A stretch of 64,000 nucleotides of DNA from the human T2T-CHM13v2.0 reference genome, Homo sapiens: NCBI RefSeq assembly GCF_009914755.1, contig NC_060943.1, one strand, 5' to 3'. The position numbers and the translations under genes were made by a program. A model generated the notes under the pieces. That model did not search any database, was not told the DNA's origin, and worked only from the letters and a program-made list of their open reading frames with translations. This document shows positions 15,335 through 33,634 of this stretch, in pieces; position 1 is the first letter of the stretch, and the number at the start of each line of letters is the position of its first letter.

Positions 15335-15407
15335 TGGCACCCAACATGGGGCACGAACCCATGACCCTGAGATTAAGAGTCTCATGCTCTACCGACTGAG
15401 CTAGCTG
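15335..15407 (-). tRNA. tRNA-Lys(CTT) retrocopy/pseudogene including 3' CCA
   Basis: Minus strand reads GCTAGCTCAGTCGGTAGAGCATGAGACTCTTAATCTCAGGGTCATGGGTTCGTGCCCCATGTTGGGTGCCA; anticodon CTT at 15375-15377; 5' end of the acceptor stem is missing, so probably non-functional. Confidence 0.93.
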
Positions 15408-15696
15408 CAGAATGCAACAGAGGTGACACAACATAACTTCTGAGGCTAAGGCAGAAAAGGCCCTGTGGCCGCATCTTGGCTGTCTCAGAGCCAGCATCAT
15501 GCTGTGAGAAGCCCATCCATGTCACATGTGGAGGTCACACACAGGTGCTCTGGCTGGCAGCCTCCTTGAGCCTAGTTTTCAAGTAATCCCAGCCTGGCAC
15601 ACAGATACAGAGAGGAAGAAGCCTTCAGATGATTCCAGTCCCCAACCTTCTGAGTCTTCCAGTTGAGATTCAAGACATCATGGTGTGAAGACAAGC

Positions 15697-16918
15697 TGTG
15701 CAGTAAAGGATAAACAGAGCGAGTCTGGGTTACCCAGAAACTGAACATTCCAAAGAAAGGCTCAGCCCTTCCCTATACCTGGCAGGTAACTTCTAAACCA
15801 AGCTTGTCCAACCTGCGGACCATGGGGTGCACATGGCCCAGGAGGGCTTTGTTTTGTTGTTGTTGGTGGTGGTGCACACAGCCCAGGAGGGCTTTGTTTT
15901 GTTGTTGTTGTTGTTGTTTTTGTTGTTTGAGATGGAGTTTCACTCTGTTGCCCAGGCTGGAGTGCAGGGGCACAATCTCAGCTCACTGCAACCTCCAACT
16001 CTCAAGTTCAAGCGATTCTCCCACATTCGAGCAATTCTCCTACTTCAGCCTCCCAAGTAGCTGAGATTACAGGCATGTGCCACCATGCCCAGATAGTTTT
16101 TTGTATTTTTAGTAGAGACGGGGTTTCACCATATTGGCAAGCCTGGTCTGGAACTACTGACCTCAAGTGATCTGCCCACTTCAGCCTCCCAAAGTGCTGG
16201 GATTACAGGCATAAGCCACTGTGCCTGGCCTCCAGGAGGGCTTTGAATGCAAAACAAATTTGTAAACTTTCTTAAAACATTATGAGATTTTTTGAGTTTT
16301 TTTTCTTTTTTCTTTAAGCTCATCAGCTATTGTTAGTGTTAGTATATTTTATGTGTGGCCCAAGACAATTCTTCTTCCAGTGTGGCCCAGGGAAGCCAAA
16401 AGACTGCACACTCCTACTCTAAGCCGTTGGAATATATTGTCCGATGAGGGTCTTTGTTTACTGGGAGCCTTGGGTCACACAAGATCGTCTATGCTAACAA
16501 TGTATGATGGAAGCCTTGGGCCACACTGTAGTTATGGTGGCCTCTGAAAGGGCTGAAGAATAAGGTCAGCCACTCATGTGCTCAGCCTCACCCATATAAC
16601 TAAAGCCAAATAAAAACCCTGGACACCCAGGCTCAAGTGGGCTTCCTGTACTGGCAATACATCATGCCTGTCGTCACACATCATGGCTAGGACAATCAAA
16701 CATTGTCCATATGACTCCACAGAGAGAGGAAAACTCAAAGCTTCTGCACAGCATCTCCCAAACCCTGCCCTACACACCTTTCTCTGTTTCTGATTTTAAC
16801 TGTATCCAGTCTATGTAATAAAATAAAATCATGAATATGACAGTTTTGCTGAGCTCTGTGTTATTCTAACAAATTATTGAACCTGAGGAACCCCAGATCT
16901 TGCGATCCCCAGAACATA
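15697..16918 (+). mobile_element. Old ERVL/MER68-like LTR interrupted by Alu (15885-16230, -) and MER30 (~15805-16420)
   Basis: 'tgtgcagtaaagg...ccctggacacccaggctcaagtgggcttcc...ttattgaacctgagg'; MER30 motif 'agctcatcagctattgttagtgttagt'. Confidence 0.5.
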
Positions 16919-17040
16919 CAAGCCATCACCATGTCTCACTTCCTGACTCAGTGAATCCATGCAGATCATAAAAGTAAATTCACATCTCTAGGTCTTGGGC
17001 TGGCTTGCTATATAGCAACAGATTACTTGGAATAGGGAAA

Positions 17041-18089
17041 CAGTCATAACAACATTTTAGTCCATGATGGGTTGCACACACAATGGTGGTCCCTTAAGAT
17101 TATAATGGAGCTGCCAACAAACATATGAAAAAAAGCTTATCATCACTGGTCATTAGAGAAATGCAAATCAAAACCACAATGAGATACCATCTCATGCCAG
17201 TTAGAATGGCAATCATCAAAAAGTCAGGAAACAACAGATGCTGGAGAGGATGTGGAGAAATAGGAGCACTTTAACACTGTTGGTGGGAGTGTAAATTAGT
17301 TCAACCATGTGGAAGACAGTGTAGCAATTCCTCAAGGATCTAGAACTAGAAATACCATTTGACCCAGCAATCCCATTACTGGGTATATACCCAAAGGATT
17401 ACGAATCATTCTACTATAAAGACTCATGCACACATATGTTTATTGCAGCACTGTTCACAATAGCAAAGACTTGGAACCAACCCAAATGCCCATCAATGAT
17501 AGACTGGATAAAGAAAATGTGGCACATATACACCATGGAATACTATGCAGCCATAAAAAAGGATGAGTTCATGTCCTTTGCAGGGACATGGATGAAGCTG
17601 GAAACCATCACTCTCAGCAAACTAACACAGGAACAGAAAACCAAACAGCACATGTTCTTACTCATAAGTGGCAGTTGAACAGTGAGAACATATGGACAAA
17701 GGGAGGGGAACATCACACACCGGGGCCTGTTGGGGGTTGTGGGGCTAGGGAAGGGATAGCATTAGGAGAAATACCTAATGTTGGTGATGGGTTGATGGGT
17801 GCAGCAAAACACCATGGCACATGTATACCTATGTAACAAAACTGCACGTTCTGCACATGTACCCCAGAACTTAAAGTATATATTAAAAAAAAAGATTATA
17901 ATGGAGCTGAAAAATTCCTGCCATCTAGAGACGTGGTAGCCATCTCAAGGTAGTAGCATGTGTTACTCAGTTGTCAGTGATGATGCTGGTGTAGACAAAC
18001 CTACTGCTCTTCCAGTCATATAAAATACAACACATAAAATATGGATAGTATGTAATTCTTGTTAATGATATACATGACTATGTTACCAG
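17041..18089 (+). mobile_element. Tigger3 5' portion interrupted by L1
   Basis: 'cagtcat...ggtggtcccttaagattataatggagctgaaaaattcct...gactatgttac' matches the recalled Tigger3 5' end. Confidence 0.7.
17114..17891 (+). mobile_element. L1PA 3' fragment (ORF2 C-terminus + 3'UTR)
   Basis: ORF 17436-17678 'MFIAALFTIAKTWNQPKCPS...' is L1 ORF2-like; 18-bp TSD AAGATTATAATGGAGCTG at 17096-17113 and 17892-17909. Confidence 0.93.
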
Positions 18090-19079
18090 TGTAGGGGAAA
18101 GAAAGATAGATCAGACTGCTACTGTGTCTATGTAGAAAGAAGTAGACATAAGAAACTCCATTTTGTTCTGTACTAAGAAAAATTCTTCTGCCTTGAGATG
18201 CTGTTAATCTGTAACCCTAGCCCCAACCCTGTGCTCACAGAAACATGTGCTGTGTCGACTCATGTCCAAGGTCTAATGGATTTAGGGCTGTGCAGGCTGT
18301 GCTTTGTTAAAAAGTGTTTGCAGGCAGTATGCTTGGTAAAAGTCATCACCATTCTCCAGTCTCGAGTACCCAGGGACACAATGCATTGCAGAAGGCCACA
18401 AGGACCTCTGCCCAAGAAAGCCTGGGTATTGTCCAAAGTTTCTCCCTGCTGAGACAGCCTGAGATATGGACTCATGGGAAGGGAAAGACCTGACTATCCC
18501 CCAACACAACACCCATAAAGAGTCTGTGCCTAGGAAGATTAGTAAAAGAGGAAGGCCTCTTTGCAGTTAAGATAAGAAGAGGGCATCTGTCTCCTGCTCA
18601 TCCCTGGGAATGGAATGTCTCAGTTTAAAACCCAATTGTACATTCTATTTACTGAGATAGGAGAAAACTGCCTTATGGCTGGAGGTGAGACATGCTGGCA
18701 GCAATACTGCTCTATACTACACTGAGATGCTTGTGTAAAGTCAAACATAAATCTGGCCTACGTGCACATCAAGGCACAGCACCTTTCCTTATTTATGACA
18801 CAGAGAACTTTGTTCACATATTTTCCTGCTGACCCTCTCCCCACCATTACCCTATAGTCCTGCCACATCCCCCTCACCGAGATGGTAGAGATAGTGATCA
18901 ATGAATACTGAGGAAACTCAGAGACCAGTGCTGGCAGGAGTCCTTCGTATGCTGAGTGCTGGTCCCCTGGGCCCACTGTTCTTTCTCTATACTTTGTCAG
19001 TGTGTCTTATTTCTTTTCTCAGTCTCTCATCCCACCAGATGAGAAATACCCACAGGTGTGGAGAGGCTGGCCCCCTTCA
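18090..19079 (+). mobile_element. HERV-K(HML-2) LTR5A/B-type solo LTR without TSD
   Basis: TGTAGGGGAAAG...CCCCCTTCA; flanks TACCAG and TAAGGT do not match. Confidence 0.92.
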
Positions 19080-19330
19080 TAAGGTTGTTGAGATTTATCT
19101 ATGTTGGTGCATGCATCTATGATTTGTTTTTTATTATTGTTCAGTAGTATTCCAGGGTATGATTACACTGCAATTTGCTTATACATTCATGTACTGATGG
19201 ACACTTGGACTGTTTCCTGTTCAGGGTATTATGCATAAAGGTGCTAAGAACATTCTTGTGAGTCTTTGTGAGGACATATCATTTCATTACTGTTGTATAA
19301 GTATCTAGGAGTGGAATTCCTGAGTCATAA
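19080..19330 (-). mobile_element. Old L1M fragment
   Basis: 'tgagatttatctatgttg...gatggacacttggactgtttcc...ctaggagtggaattcctgagtcata'. Confidence 0.6.
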
Positions 19331-19979
19331 GATTCTTGCTTTTATTTTGCAATTCTCCTAAGGAGTCATATAGTTCTGTAAAGCTTTTCACTCTTCACAG
19401 ATTTGATATTTTAAGTAACACGGTATGTTTCTGAAATGGAGTTTGCATTTTGGGGCATTTTCTATAGATGTATCATGAAGGACACGTGAAAACTCTGTTA
19501 TAAATATAAACACTCCACTGCATGCAGGAATTTCCTTCTCATTCTTCCAATGGAATTGTCTTAATTTAGGTTGGATCAGAATTAGAATTTACGTTATGAT
19601 GACTATGTAAATAATATTTATAGGTCAGTCAGGTAGTATCCTATGATTACTTTTCTTGCACAACTTTTTTTTTTCTTTTTTCTTTTTTTCCTCATGAAGG
19701 GGTTGCCAAGGCTGTGTAGTGCAGTGGCTATTGATAGGTGCGATCATAGCTCACTGCAGCCTGGAACTCCTGGGCTCAAGCGATCTTCCTGCCTTGGTCT
19801 CCCCAGTAGCTGGGACTACACGTGTGCGCCATCGCGCCCGGGCTTGCACAACTTTTCATTCTCCCAGAGTCGCCTTATTTATTCCTTCCAGAATTTTAGG
19901 CACTTGGTTCTCCGAAAGCCCCGACGTTAAGATTGACTCCACCTACAGCAGAGGGAAGGCCCTTCTTCTCTCTTAAGGA

Positions 19980-21000
19980 AAATTCCCGCCTCCCGCATTG
20001 GATTCCTTTTCCGGTTGGCTGGTGGCTGCTCTCTTTACCTGCACTGGGCGGTGACCGTGTCCCTCAAATGTAAATGAGGTTCCAGGGGTCGCTGTTTTTT
20101 CACTTTCCGTTGACGGGGTGAACAATATCCTCGTACCTCGATTGCCTCTCCACACCCTTTTGGTCCTCAAAAATCTTCCTCTTGTCCTCCACATGTAGCT
20201 AGATGCGTTTTCGCGGTATATGACTCAGGGTGCGATTGCTCTTTTTCCTCTGTGGAGAAAGCGTTTTCACTTGTACGGACACCTAAGTGTTAAGATGGCC
20301 GCGCCCATTGTGTCATTCCCGTCATTCTTTGTGCAAAGCGGATGACTTTTCTCCCCAGCCCGCTAAGGTGCACGTAGCCATACCATGTTTGTCTTGGCTA
20401 AGCTCGACCCTCTGAAAATAAATGAAACTTGGGCGCAGGATTTAGGTGCCAAAATATGGAGTTCTTCACCGTCCCGCGCTATCCCTGAATACTTGGGCAG
20501 AAAAGGTCCACTTTACCTTCCGTACGTGCAGGATTCAAAGATGGCTGCCTCCAGTATCCGTGACGAGAGGACGCGAACTTACTACCTCCCAGTCGTCCGT
20601 GCTCCGTACACCTGCAACTTCAGACCTTCCTCGGCCGCCGTAGGCCGGCTTGGAGGCTGGGGGAGGGCCCAGAAGTGGAATAATTCAGGAAAGTGCAGGT
20701 TCTGGGAAGTCTCGGTGGGTTCCCCGCAAAATCAGGTCTGTGTGTGGGTCTGTCTGTCAGGATGAGGGGAGGAGGGTGTCTGTGGGCGTCCGTTTAGTGC
20801 GGAGCCGTGGAGTTTGTGGGGGAAGCGGGAGCAAGTGGGAGTCGGGGTATTGGGGTTGGGGCGTCTCCGGAGTCAGCCCTGAGGGATCCCAGTGGTCGGT
20901 GGTCAGAGTCTGTCCAGAGCAACACTTGGAAGTCCGTGATCAGGGTTTGGTGCCTTTGCGGGTCACTCTGTAGGGCTCGGTGATTGAGGACTGGAGTGAG
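19980..21000 (+). promoter_or_regulatory. ZNF613: CpG-island promoter and non-coding first exon of ZNF613
   Basis: CpG-rich; YY1-type AAGATGGCCGC (~20292) and AAGATGGCTGC (~20538); ACTAC..CCCAG motif at 20581; candidate donor CAG|GTCTGT at 20735/20736 followed by G-rich intron. Confidence 0.75.
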
Positions 21001-21044
21001 GAGTGGTTTTTGTCAAGGAAAACTGTGTCTGCTTCGGATTCGGG

Positions 21045-21423
<379 letters not shown>

Positions 21424-21774
21424 TAATCAGGATTTAATATGCGACTCAGTGAGGAGGAGCCCGGGTTCATGTGAACCTAGGTGTGTGGTCCAGGTTTTTG
21501 GATTAATCTAAGGGGGTGTGACCATGTTAGGGAGGTCTAGATGTGACAGTCGTGGAGAAGCTTGTGAAGGCTGAAGCCTTGGCAGCCAGGGCATCCTGAT
21601 TGGTGTGTGTGTTCAGGTCCAACGGTACATTCCCTCTCAGTCCCTTTTAAGTTTCTCTGCAAGGACTGGTTTACAAATCTCATTTGACTTCTCACATCTC
21701 TCCTTTCTCTCATCCTGGTAAATAGGAAAGCTTTGGGGAAGATCAAAGATTAATCAAATCTAAAATGGTAAGGT

Positions 21775-22100
21775 GGCCTGGCGCGGTGGCTCACGCCTAT
21801 ATTCCCAGCATTTGGGAGGCCAAAGTGGGCGAATTGCTCGAGCCTAGAAGTTGGAGATCAGCCTGAACAACATAGCCTGTCTCTCCAAAAAATACAAATA
21901 TTAACTGGGTGTGGTAACACACGCCTGTAGTCTCAGCTACTCGGGAGGCTGAGGTGGGACGATCACGTGACCCCGGGAGTTCTAGGCTGCAGTGAACTAT
22001 GATTGAGCACTGCACTCCAGCCTGGGCAACAGAGTGAGACCCTGCCTCAAAAAAAAAAAAAAAAGAAAAGAAAAGGAGAAAAGAAAAAGGAAAAAACAAA
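21775..22100 (+). mobile_element. Alu
   Basis: Sense Alu with A-rich tail; TSD 'aaaatg(g/a)taagg'. Confidence 0.88.
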
Positions 22101-23179
22101 ACGAAGAAAATGATAAGGTTTCTATTAAAGATTTTCGTTCTTCTTCCTCAGGTTTACTGTGTGAATGTGTGTATACACACACGTAAATATTTTCTTTCAG
22201 GTTCTGACACAAGTAAAACATCTCTCTTATCCCAAAATGTGTTCCCCAGTAATGACTTTTGATAAGATTTTTGTATATTTCAATTTCAGTTTTCTATGCT
22301 TGATTTTCACAATGCAGATAAGCTGCTGAAACATTGGTATAATTTGCCGTATTTAATTTTACATTATGAACGTTCTTATAGTAAACATATCATCCATGTT
22401 TTTGTTTAAAAATTTTTTTTTAAGATTTCTGTAATAGTATACCATCAAGAGGCAAAACTGCACCACTGTGACTTGAATCACTAAGTGTATGGATATATTT
22501 AGATAGAATTTTAAGACTTAAAAAGTTCACTTATCACTTTTAAGAATGGGTTACAATTCTATGTTTACCCAAACATGTTTCTCCCTGACCCTCATCAGCA
22601 CCTTAGTTTTTAATTTTTTTGCAATTGTAAATGGTGTGTTTTTAATTTTGACCTTTCTGTTCTCTTCTAATTTACTCTTACATAGAAGAGCAATTAGTTT
22701 AGAAAATATTTACATTGTTTTTGGTCACCTTACTGAACAAACTTCCCTGTTCTCCAGGTTACAAAAACTTTCAAACATATAACATGATTTAAAGAACTTT
22801 ACAATTGAATACCTGTTTGCCTACCATCTGGATTTTATCATCATTTTATTGTGTTTCTTTTATTACATATCTATCTATATATCATCCTTCTACTCATCAT
22901 TAATCCACCTTTTTTTCTTTTTATAGAGATGGCATCTCACTATGTTGCCCAGGCTGATCTTGAACTCCTGACCTCAAGTGATCCTCTCTCCTTGGCCTCC
23001 TAAAGTGCTGGGATTCCAGGTGTGAGCCACTTCACCCAGCCACATTTATCCATCTTGTAAAATATTGCTTTGTTTTTTGGTGCATTTCAAAGTAAGTTGC
23101 AGACATTCATACATTTGCCCCTGAATATTTCAGTAGGTTTATCATAATTAAGTTCTACTGACAGCTTTTCCTAATTACA

Positions 23180-24240
<1,061 letters not shown>

Positions 24241-25004
24241 ACATAACTGAGGTACATGTATTTTTACTAAATATGGAATTGTTAGTATTTTTAATAGCTA
24301 GATAGCTCCATTTCTGGATGTGTGTACTTCTAATCAGCCAGTTAATCCTGTTAATAGACCTAAATCCTTTACGTCAACTTTGCATGCATGTGTCGCTATT
24401 TCCTTTACAAAAATTTCCAAGGTGGATTTTTGGGTTCTAGTAATATCTCAAATGGAAGTATTCAATGCAAAGTGTTATTTCCAAAATTGTTTAGTCACTT
24501 AATACTGATAAAAAAGTATGTCTATTTTGGAATGCTTGCAACTTTTAGATATAAAATCATCAATCTGACTAAAAACTTATTTTTTGTATATGTTCAATTG
24601 AATCTATAAAACTGTCACTCTTCCTTAGTCATATAATTTATTTCCTCTTCTCTAATATTGATTATTTATACTTGATTCTTTATCAAACTAACTGGGTAGC
24701 CTTTCCAGAATAGTTAAAATAGTGATAATCATCCTGTTCATCTTCGATATTGCTCTTGACTTTAGAGAATGTACTTTTATAGTTTCATAGAACTTTTTTT
24801 TCTTCATTCCTAGAACTTCTGTAGGATGTATTTAATTTTTTAAAATGAGGTAAAATTCACAAGACATAAAATTAATCATTTTAAAGTCAACAGTGCAATC
24901 GTTCTTAGTACAGTCACAGTGTTGTACAACCACCACTTGCAGCCACTTCACATTCTCCCCTCCAGTAGACCCTGGCAACCAACTATGTGCTTTCCGTCTC
25001 TTTT

Positions 25005-25495
25005 TGTAGAGTGCCCGATTCTGTCGCTGTTTGGGGCGCCAGTTGTAACTGACCATGATTCCTGGTAGACTGAACAAAGCGGGGCAAACGAGGGAATAAA
25101 AGACAAAAACAAAAGAGTATATTTGGAAGAAGGGGTCAGGGGGCACCTTGCCTCTAGTGGATAAGGGCTCTGAGCTTTACACAGCTCTCCGTATTTATTA
25201 GGCAAAAGAGATAGAGAGAAGGGGGGGTGATTGTCGAGTAATTGTCAGTCGGCCTTTTGGTTCACAGCAGGCTTGTGAGATTGCATTCCTTGAGCAATAG
25301 CCTCTAGATGTCCCCATAGATAGCCTCCAGGAGCCCAGCGCCAGGGAATGGTGGCCCTCAGCAAAGCTGGGGCAGGTACAGAAGCGAGTTTGCCCACATT
25401 CTGTACTCGTGATAAACAGTTTGCTGTTTGATCATGTACTCTCCAGTGGAATGCTGAGTTGGTCACGATCCCTTTGGCCTTTTCGGCTCCCAACA
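25005..25495 (-). mobile_element. LTR3B-like solo LTR
   Basis: Minus strand TGTTGGGAGCC...GCACTCTACA; TSD TCTTTT on both sides. Confidence 0.8.
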
Positions 25496-25497
25496 TC

Positions 25498-27298
<1,801 letters not shown>

Positions 27299-29416
27299 AG
27301 TCACCTTTTTTTTGACTCAATATTTGTTCTGTTGTTGTAAACCTTTGACTATTTTTCAGAGTTCTGACCAAGTTTTTGTTTTTTGATTGTTTTTACTTGA
27401 TTTTTTGATAGTTTTTTTACTTGAGTTTTTGATTTTTCGATAGAGGGACGGACCCTTGGACCTACCTACTCTGCCATTTTTACTCAATGAGATTTTCCTC
27501 CACAGTATATATGCTTTTGTTTTTTTTGTTGTTGGTACTTTTAAAAAAGAAATAAACTGATGCAAGTGCACCTTCAGTGATATCCTCTAATCCACCCCCT
27601 TTCCTCTCCTCCATCCCTAGGGATAACTATTCCCTTGAACTAATTTCATATAATGCATGTTTTATTAAATGTGTACATATTGAAAAATAATACATAGTCT
27701 TATTTTATGTTTTTTAATTTTTTAAATATACTTTTCTTTGTTGTTTCTTTCATATGATGATGATTTGTGAACACGTCCTGTTTGGTAGTGATGCTTTAGA
27801 ATTTATGGAAATTTTCTTTATGGCTTCCTATACATACATGAGTTTTCAGGAAATATACTCCTCCAGGGAAAGGACTTAGCCACTGGAGCAAACAGGCGTG
27901 ATTACATTCTCCAGAAAGCTCATAAGGGTCAAAAATGAAGTAGAAGCTCTTCAGCTATTCCTGGGAAAGGGGCTGTGGAAGCTCATGGGAAAGGAAGCCT
28001 TGCTGTTTGAAATACACACCCTGGATGTCACTGAAATGTTGCATCCACCACCTCCTGCCCAGGAATGTTAGATCATTTGGGTTCTGCACCTTTCCACTAG
28101 TGGCGTTCTAAGAAGAAAAGTGTGAAACATCTCTTGCCACAATTACGTGCTTCTGAGATTGCAGAGGGAAGGGGAGCATTTGCAGCTGTGGGTTAAAGGA
28201 TGAGTCAGTGCAGACCCTGTGGGTTTGGAGCATGCAGGAGGGCCACCGGGAGCTTGTCACAATGATTCCACCCAGGTGGAAGGAAAGCTTAGGGTGACTC
28301 CATCCAGTTGATGCTCTCACCATGTGAGCCTCTTACTTGAGTTTTAGAATTGGGCATAAAAAAAGCCTCTGGGGCCGCCACTCTCTGACCTGCTGCTTTC
28401 AGGCCAAGGGTGTAGCGTGCAGTTTTTCCATTTGTCTTTGTGCCTGTGTCACTGTTGGCAGTGCTGATTTCAGAAGGTCAGATTATATGTCTATGACAGT
28501 GGCCATCTTCCATGATGAATGAAACTCCCTCAAGGTAGTAGCAAAGAGAGCTAAGATGTATGATGATGGTATGCAGTCCAAAGGTATTCAGCAGAGGCTA
28601 AGGTCATGTTCTTGGAGACAGGCTGTGTGGGTTCAGATTCTACTTCTGCTTTTGGACAATATAGTCAAATCTGTAAGCCTTAGGTCAATGTTGGAATGGG
28701 AAATAATGATTGATACTTTATAAGGATGTAACGCAGAAGGTAGTAATGAGAATTCAAATACAACAACCCCTCTGCTTGGCTTAATACATTTGTCTTCAAA
28801 CTGAGGCATGCCTACATGTGAGGTGTATGATGACTTTTGACCAGGCATGTGGACACACGTGGTTTTAAAGAAATAAATATCCAATTCCTCACCTTCTCTG
28901 TCCTTTTTCTAAAACCTGATCTAAGAAGTTTCTTGGTGTTGCAGCATCATGTTGGTGCTGGTTCTCCTTTCCCATCTCCCCTCTCACAGTCACCTCACTT
29001 ACATTTCACAGAAGAAAGACAGTTTGTAAATGTATTGGCCATACCTGTAGAATCTTATGTTTTGTTGCTCCAGGATTTGTTGTTGCCCCAGGGTGGGTTA
29101 AAACTTCTGGGGCCCCAAATAAAGGGACAGTTAGAGATGGCCTTGCATTAAGGTGAGAACACAGCAGCAGTGACAGCACCTGGGCCTGCAGGGAATGTAC
29201 ACTCAAATCAATTTACTCTTCAGCCCACAGGTCCTGACTTCAGGAGCAAGACACTTCAAGTGAGGTGAGGAGGAGGTTCCAGGACCTGGATACCATCCTT
29301 TGCAGGGATGTAATTCACCAGAGACCAAGATTTCTAGCCAGAAATTGAGGGCAGCTCAAGGAGAGACTACAGACACAGCATCCTACTTACTGGCTATTTC
29401 CCAGTAACAAAAGAAA

Positions 29417-29431
29417 ATGATCAAGTCCCAG
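29417..29431 (+). CDS. ZNF613: ZNF613 first coding exon (MIKSQ)
   Basis: AAAATGATCAAGTCCCAG|GTGACT; candidate acceptors at 29223 or 29230. Confidence 0.88.
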
Positions 29432-29609
29432 GTGACTTTTTGTTTGTTTTAGTCTTTCCTTCATCACATGATTGATTTCTGGAAGACTTTAAAAGTCAGT
29501 TGAATTAAGTCAAAAAGTATAATTTGGTAAACTAGGATTTGTGCATCAGTAAATTTAGATTGTAATTTCAACATCTAGGCAAAGTAGGATCAGGACTATA
29601 TTGTTTACA

Positions 29610-30660
<1,051 letters not shown>

Positions 30661-30914
30661 CAATGGAATTCACACAAAATGACTAATGTTGGAACCTAAT
30701 GTGTGACCGGAGCATCCTGTGGGTTATAGTAGCTGTCACCTTCTGTCTAATGTCTCTGACTGTCATCACATCCAGAGAGTCCTTGGTCACAGGATATGCA
30801 CTGACTCTCAGGAGAAAGCAGACCAGTTCCCGAGAGGTGTCACTATTAAATGCACTTAGGTCCCAGGACAGTTTTTAGATGGTTCTTCCTAGAGGTGGTG
30901 TGACAGATGATGTC

Positions 30915-32827
<1,913 letters not shown>

Positions 32828-33367
32828 TATTTATTTATTTTGTAAGCCAGTCACATTTAGCAGTAGGGGGTAATAATACTTAATTGTCTCTTGTTCTTTG
32901 GACATGTTTTGGAAAGAGTCTTTTACTCCTCCTAACATATAAAATATACTTATTTATTATGTAGTATCTTGTAGTGTTTGGGGTTTCTTCCTGGTTGATT
33001 CTGGTAGCGCACATGAAGATTCATTGAAGATTCATGATGAATAAAGAAGTATGCTTTATTCATCCTGATATTGCTAAAATATATTTAGTGCCTGGCAAAT
33101 AGGTGCTCAAAAAAAAAAAGAGGATTAGCAAGAGGATTAAATGATTGGTTCTTATAGAAACTTCTGATTTGTTAAATGATAGATAATTACACAATTACAG
33201 AATATTTTGCTAGAGATAGATTTTGAATATAGATAGATTTTGGAGATGGATTTTTGCCTCTATGACAATGTATTTTTTTAAAAATCACAGCACCTAGATA
33301 TATAGATGCAGACTATTTGGTAAAAATGAGCAGAACAATGTTCTTCACATTTCTTCCATATAAATGA

Positions 33368-33634
<267 letters not shown>

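Larger units (their letters stand above)
14289..15459 (+). repeat. 55-bp direct repeat (14289-14343 / 15405-15459) flanking the LTR+tRNA unit
   Basis: CTGCAGAAT(A/G)CAACAGAGGTGACACAACATAACTTC(C/T)GAGGCTAAGGCAGAAAAG; 2 mismatches. Confidence 0.95.
14140..15696 (+). mobile_element. MaLR LTR (MLT1G/H-like), host of the LTR5-tRNA insertion
   Basis: 'tgtggtagactgcatttcccaaagatgaccaca...ttccccttgaacctag...ttctgaggctaagg...gctgtgagaagccca'; boundaries approximate. Confidence 0.55.

Noticed and set aside
15335-15410. Functional tRNA-Lys gene
   Set aside because: Encoded CCA, missing 5' acceptor-stem bases, mutated A58 in the B box and direct fusion to an LTR indicate a reverse-transcribed copy
14344-15460. 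5' end of a full HML-2 provirus
   Set aside because: After the PBS the sequence follows tRNA, not gag leader; no gag, pol or env of HML-2 is present
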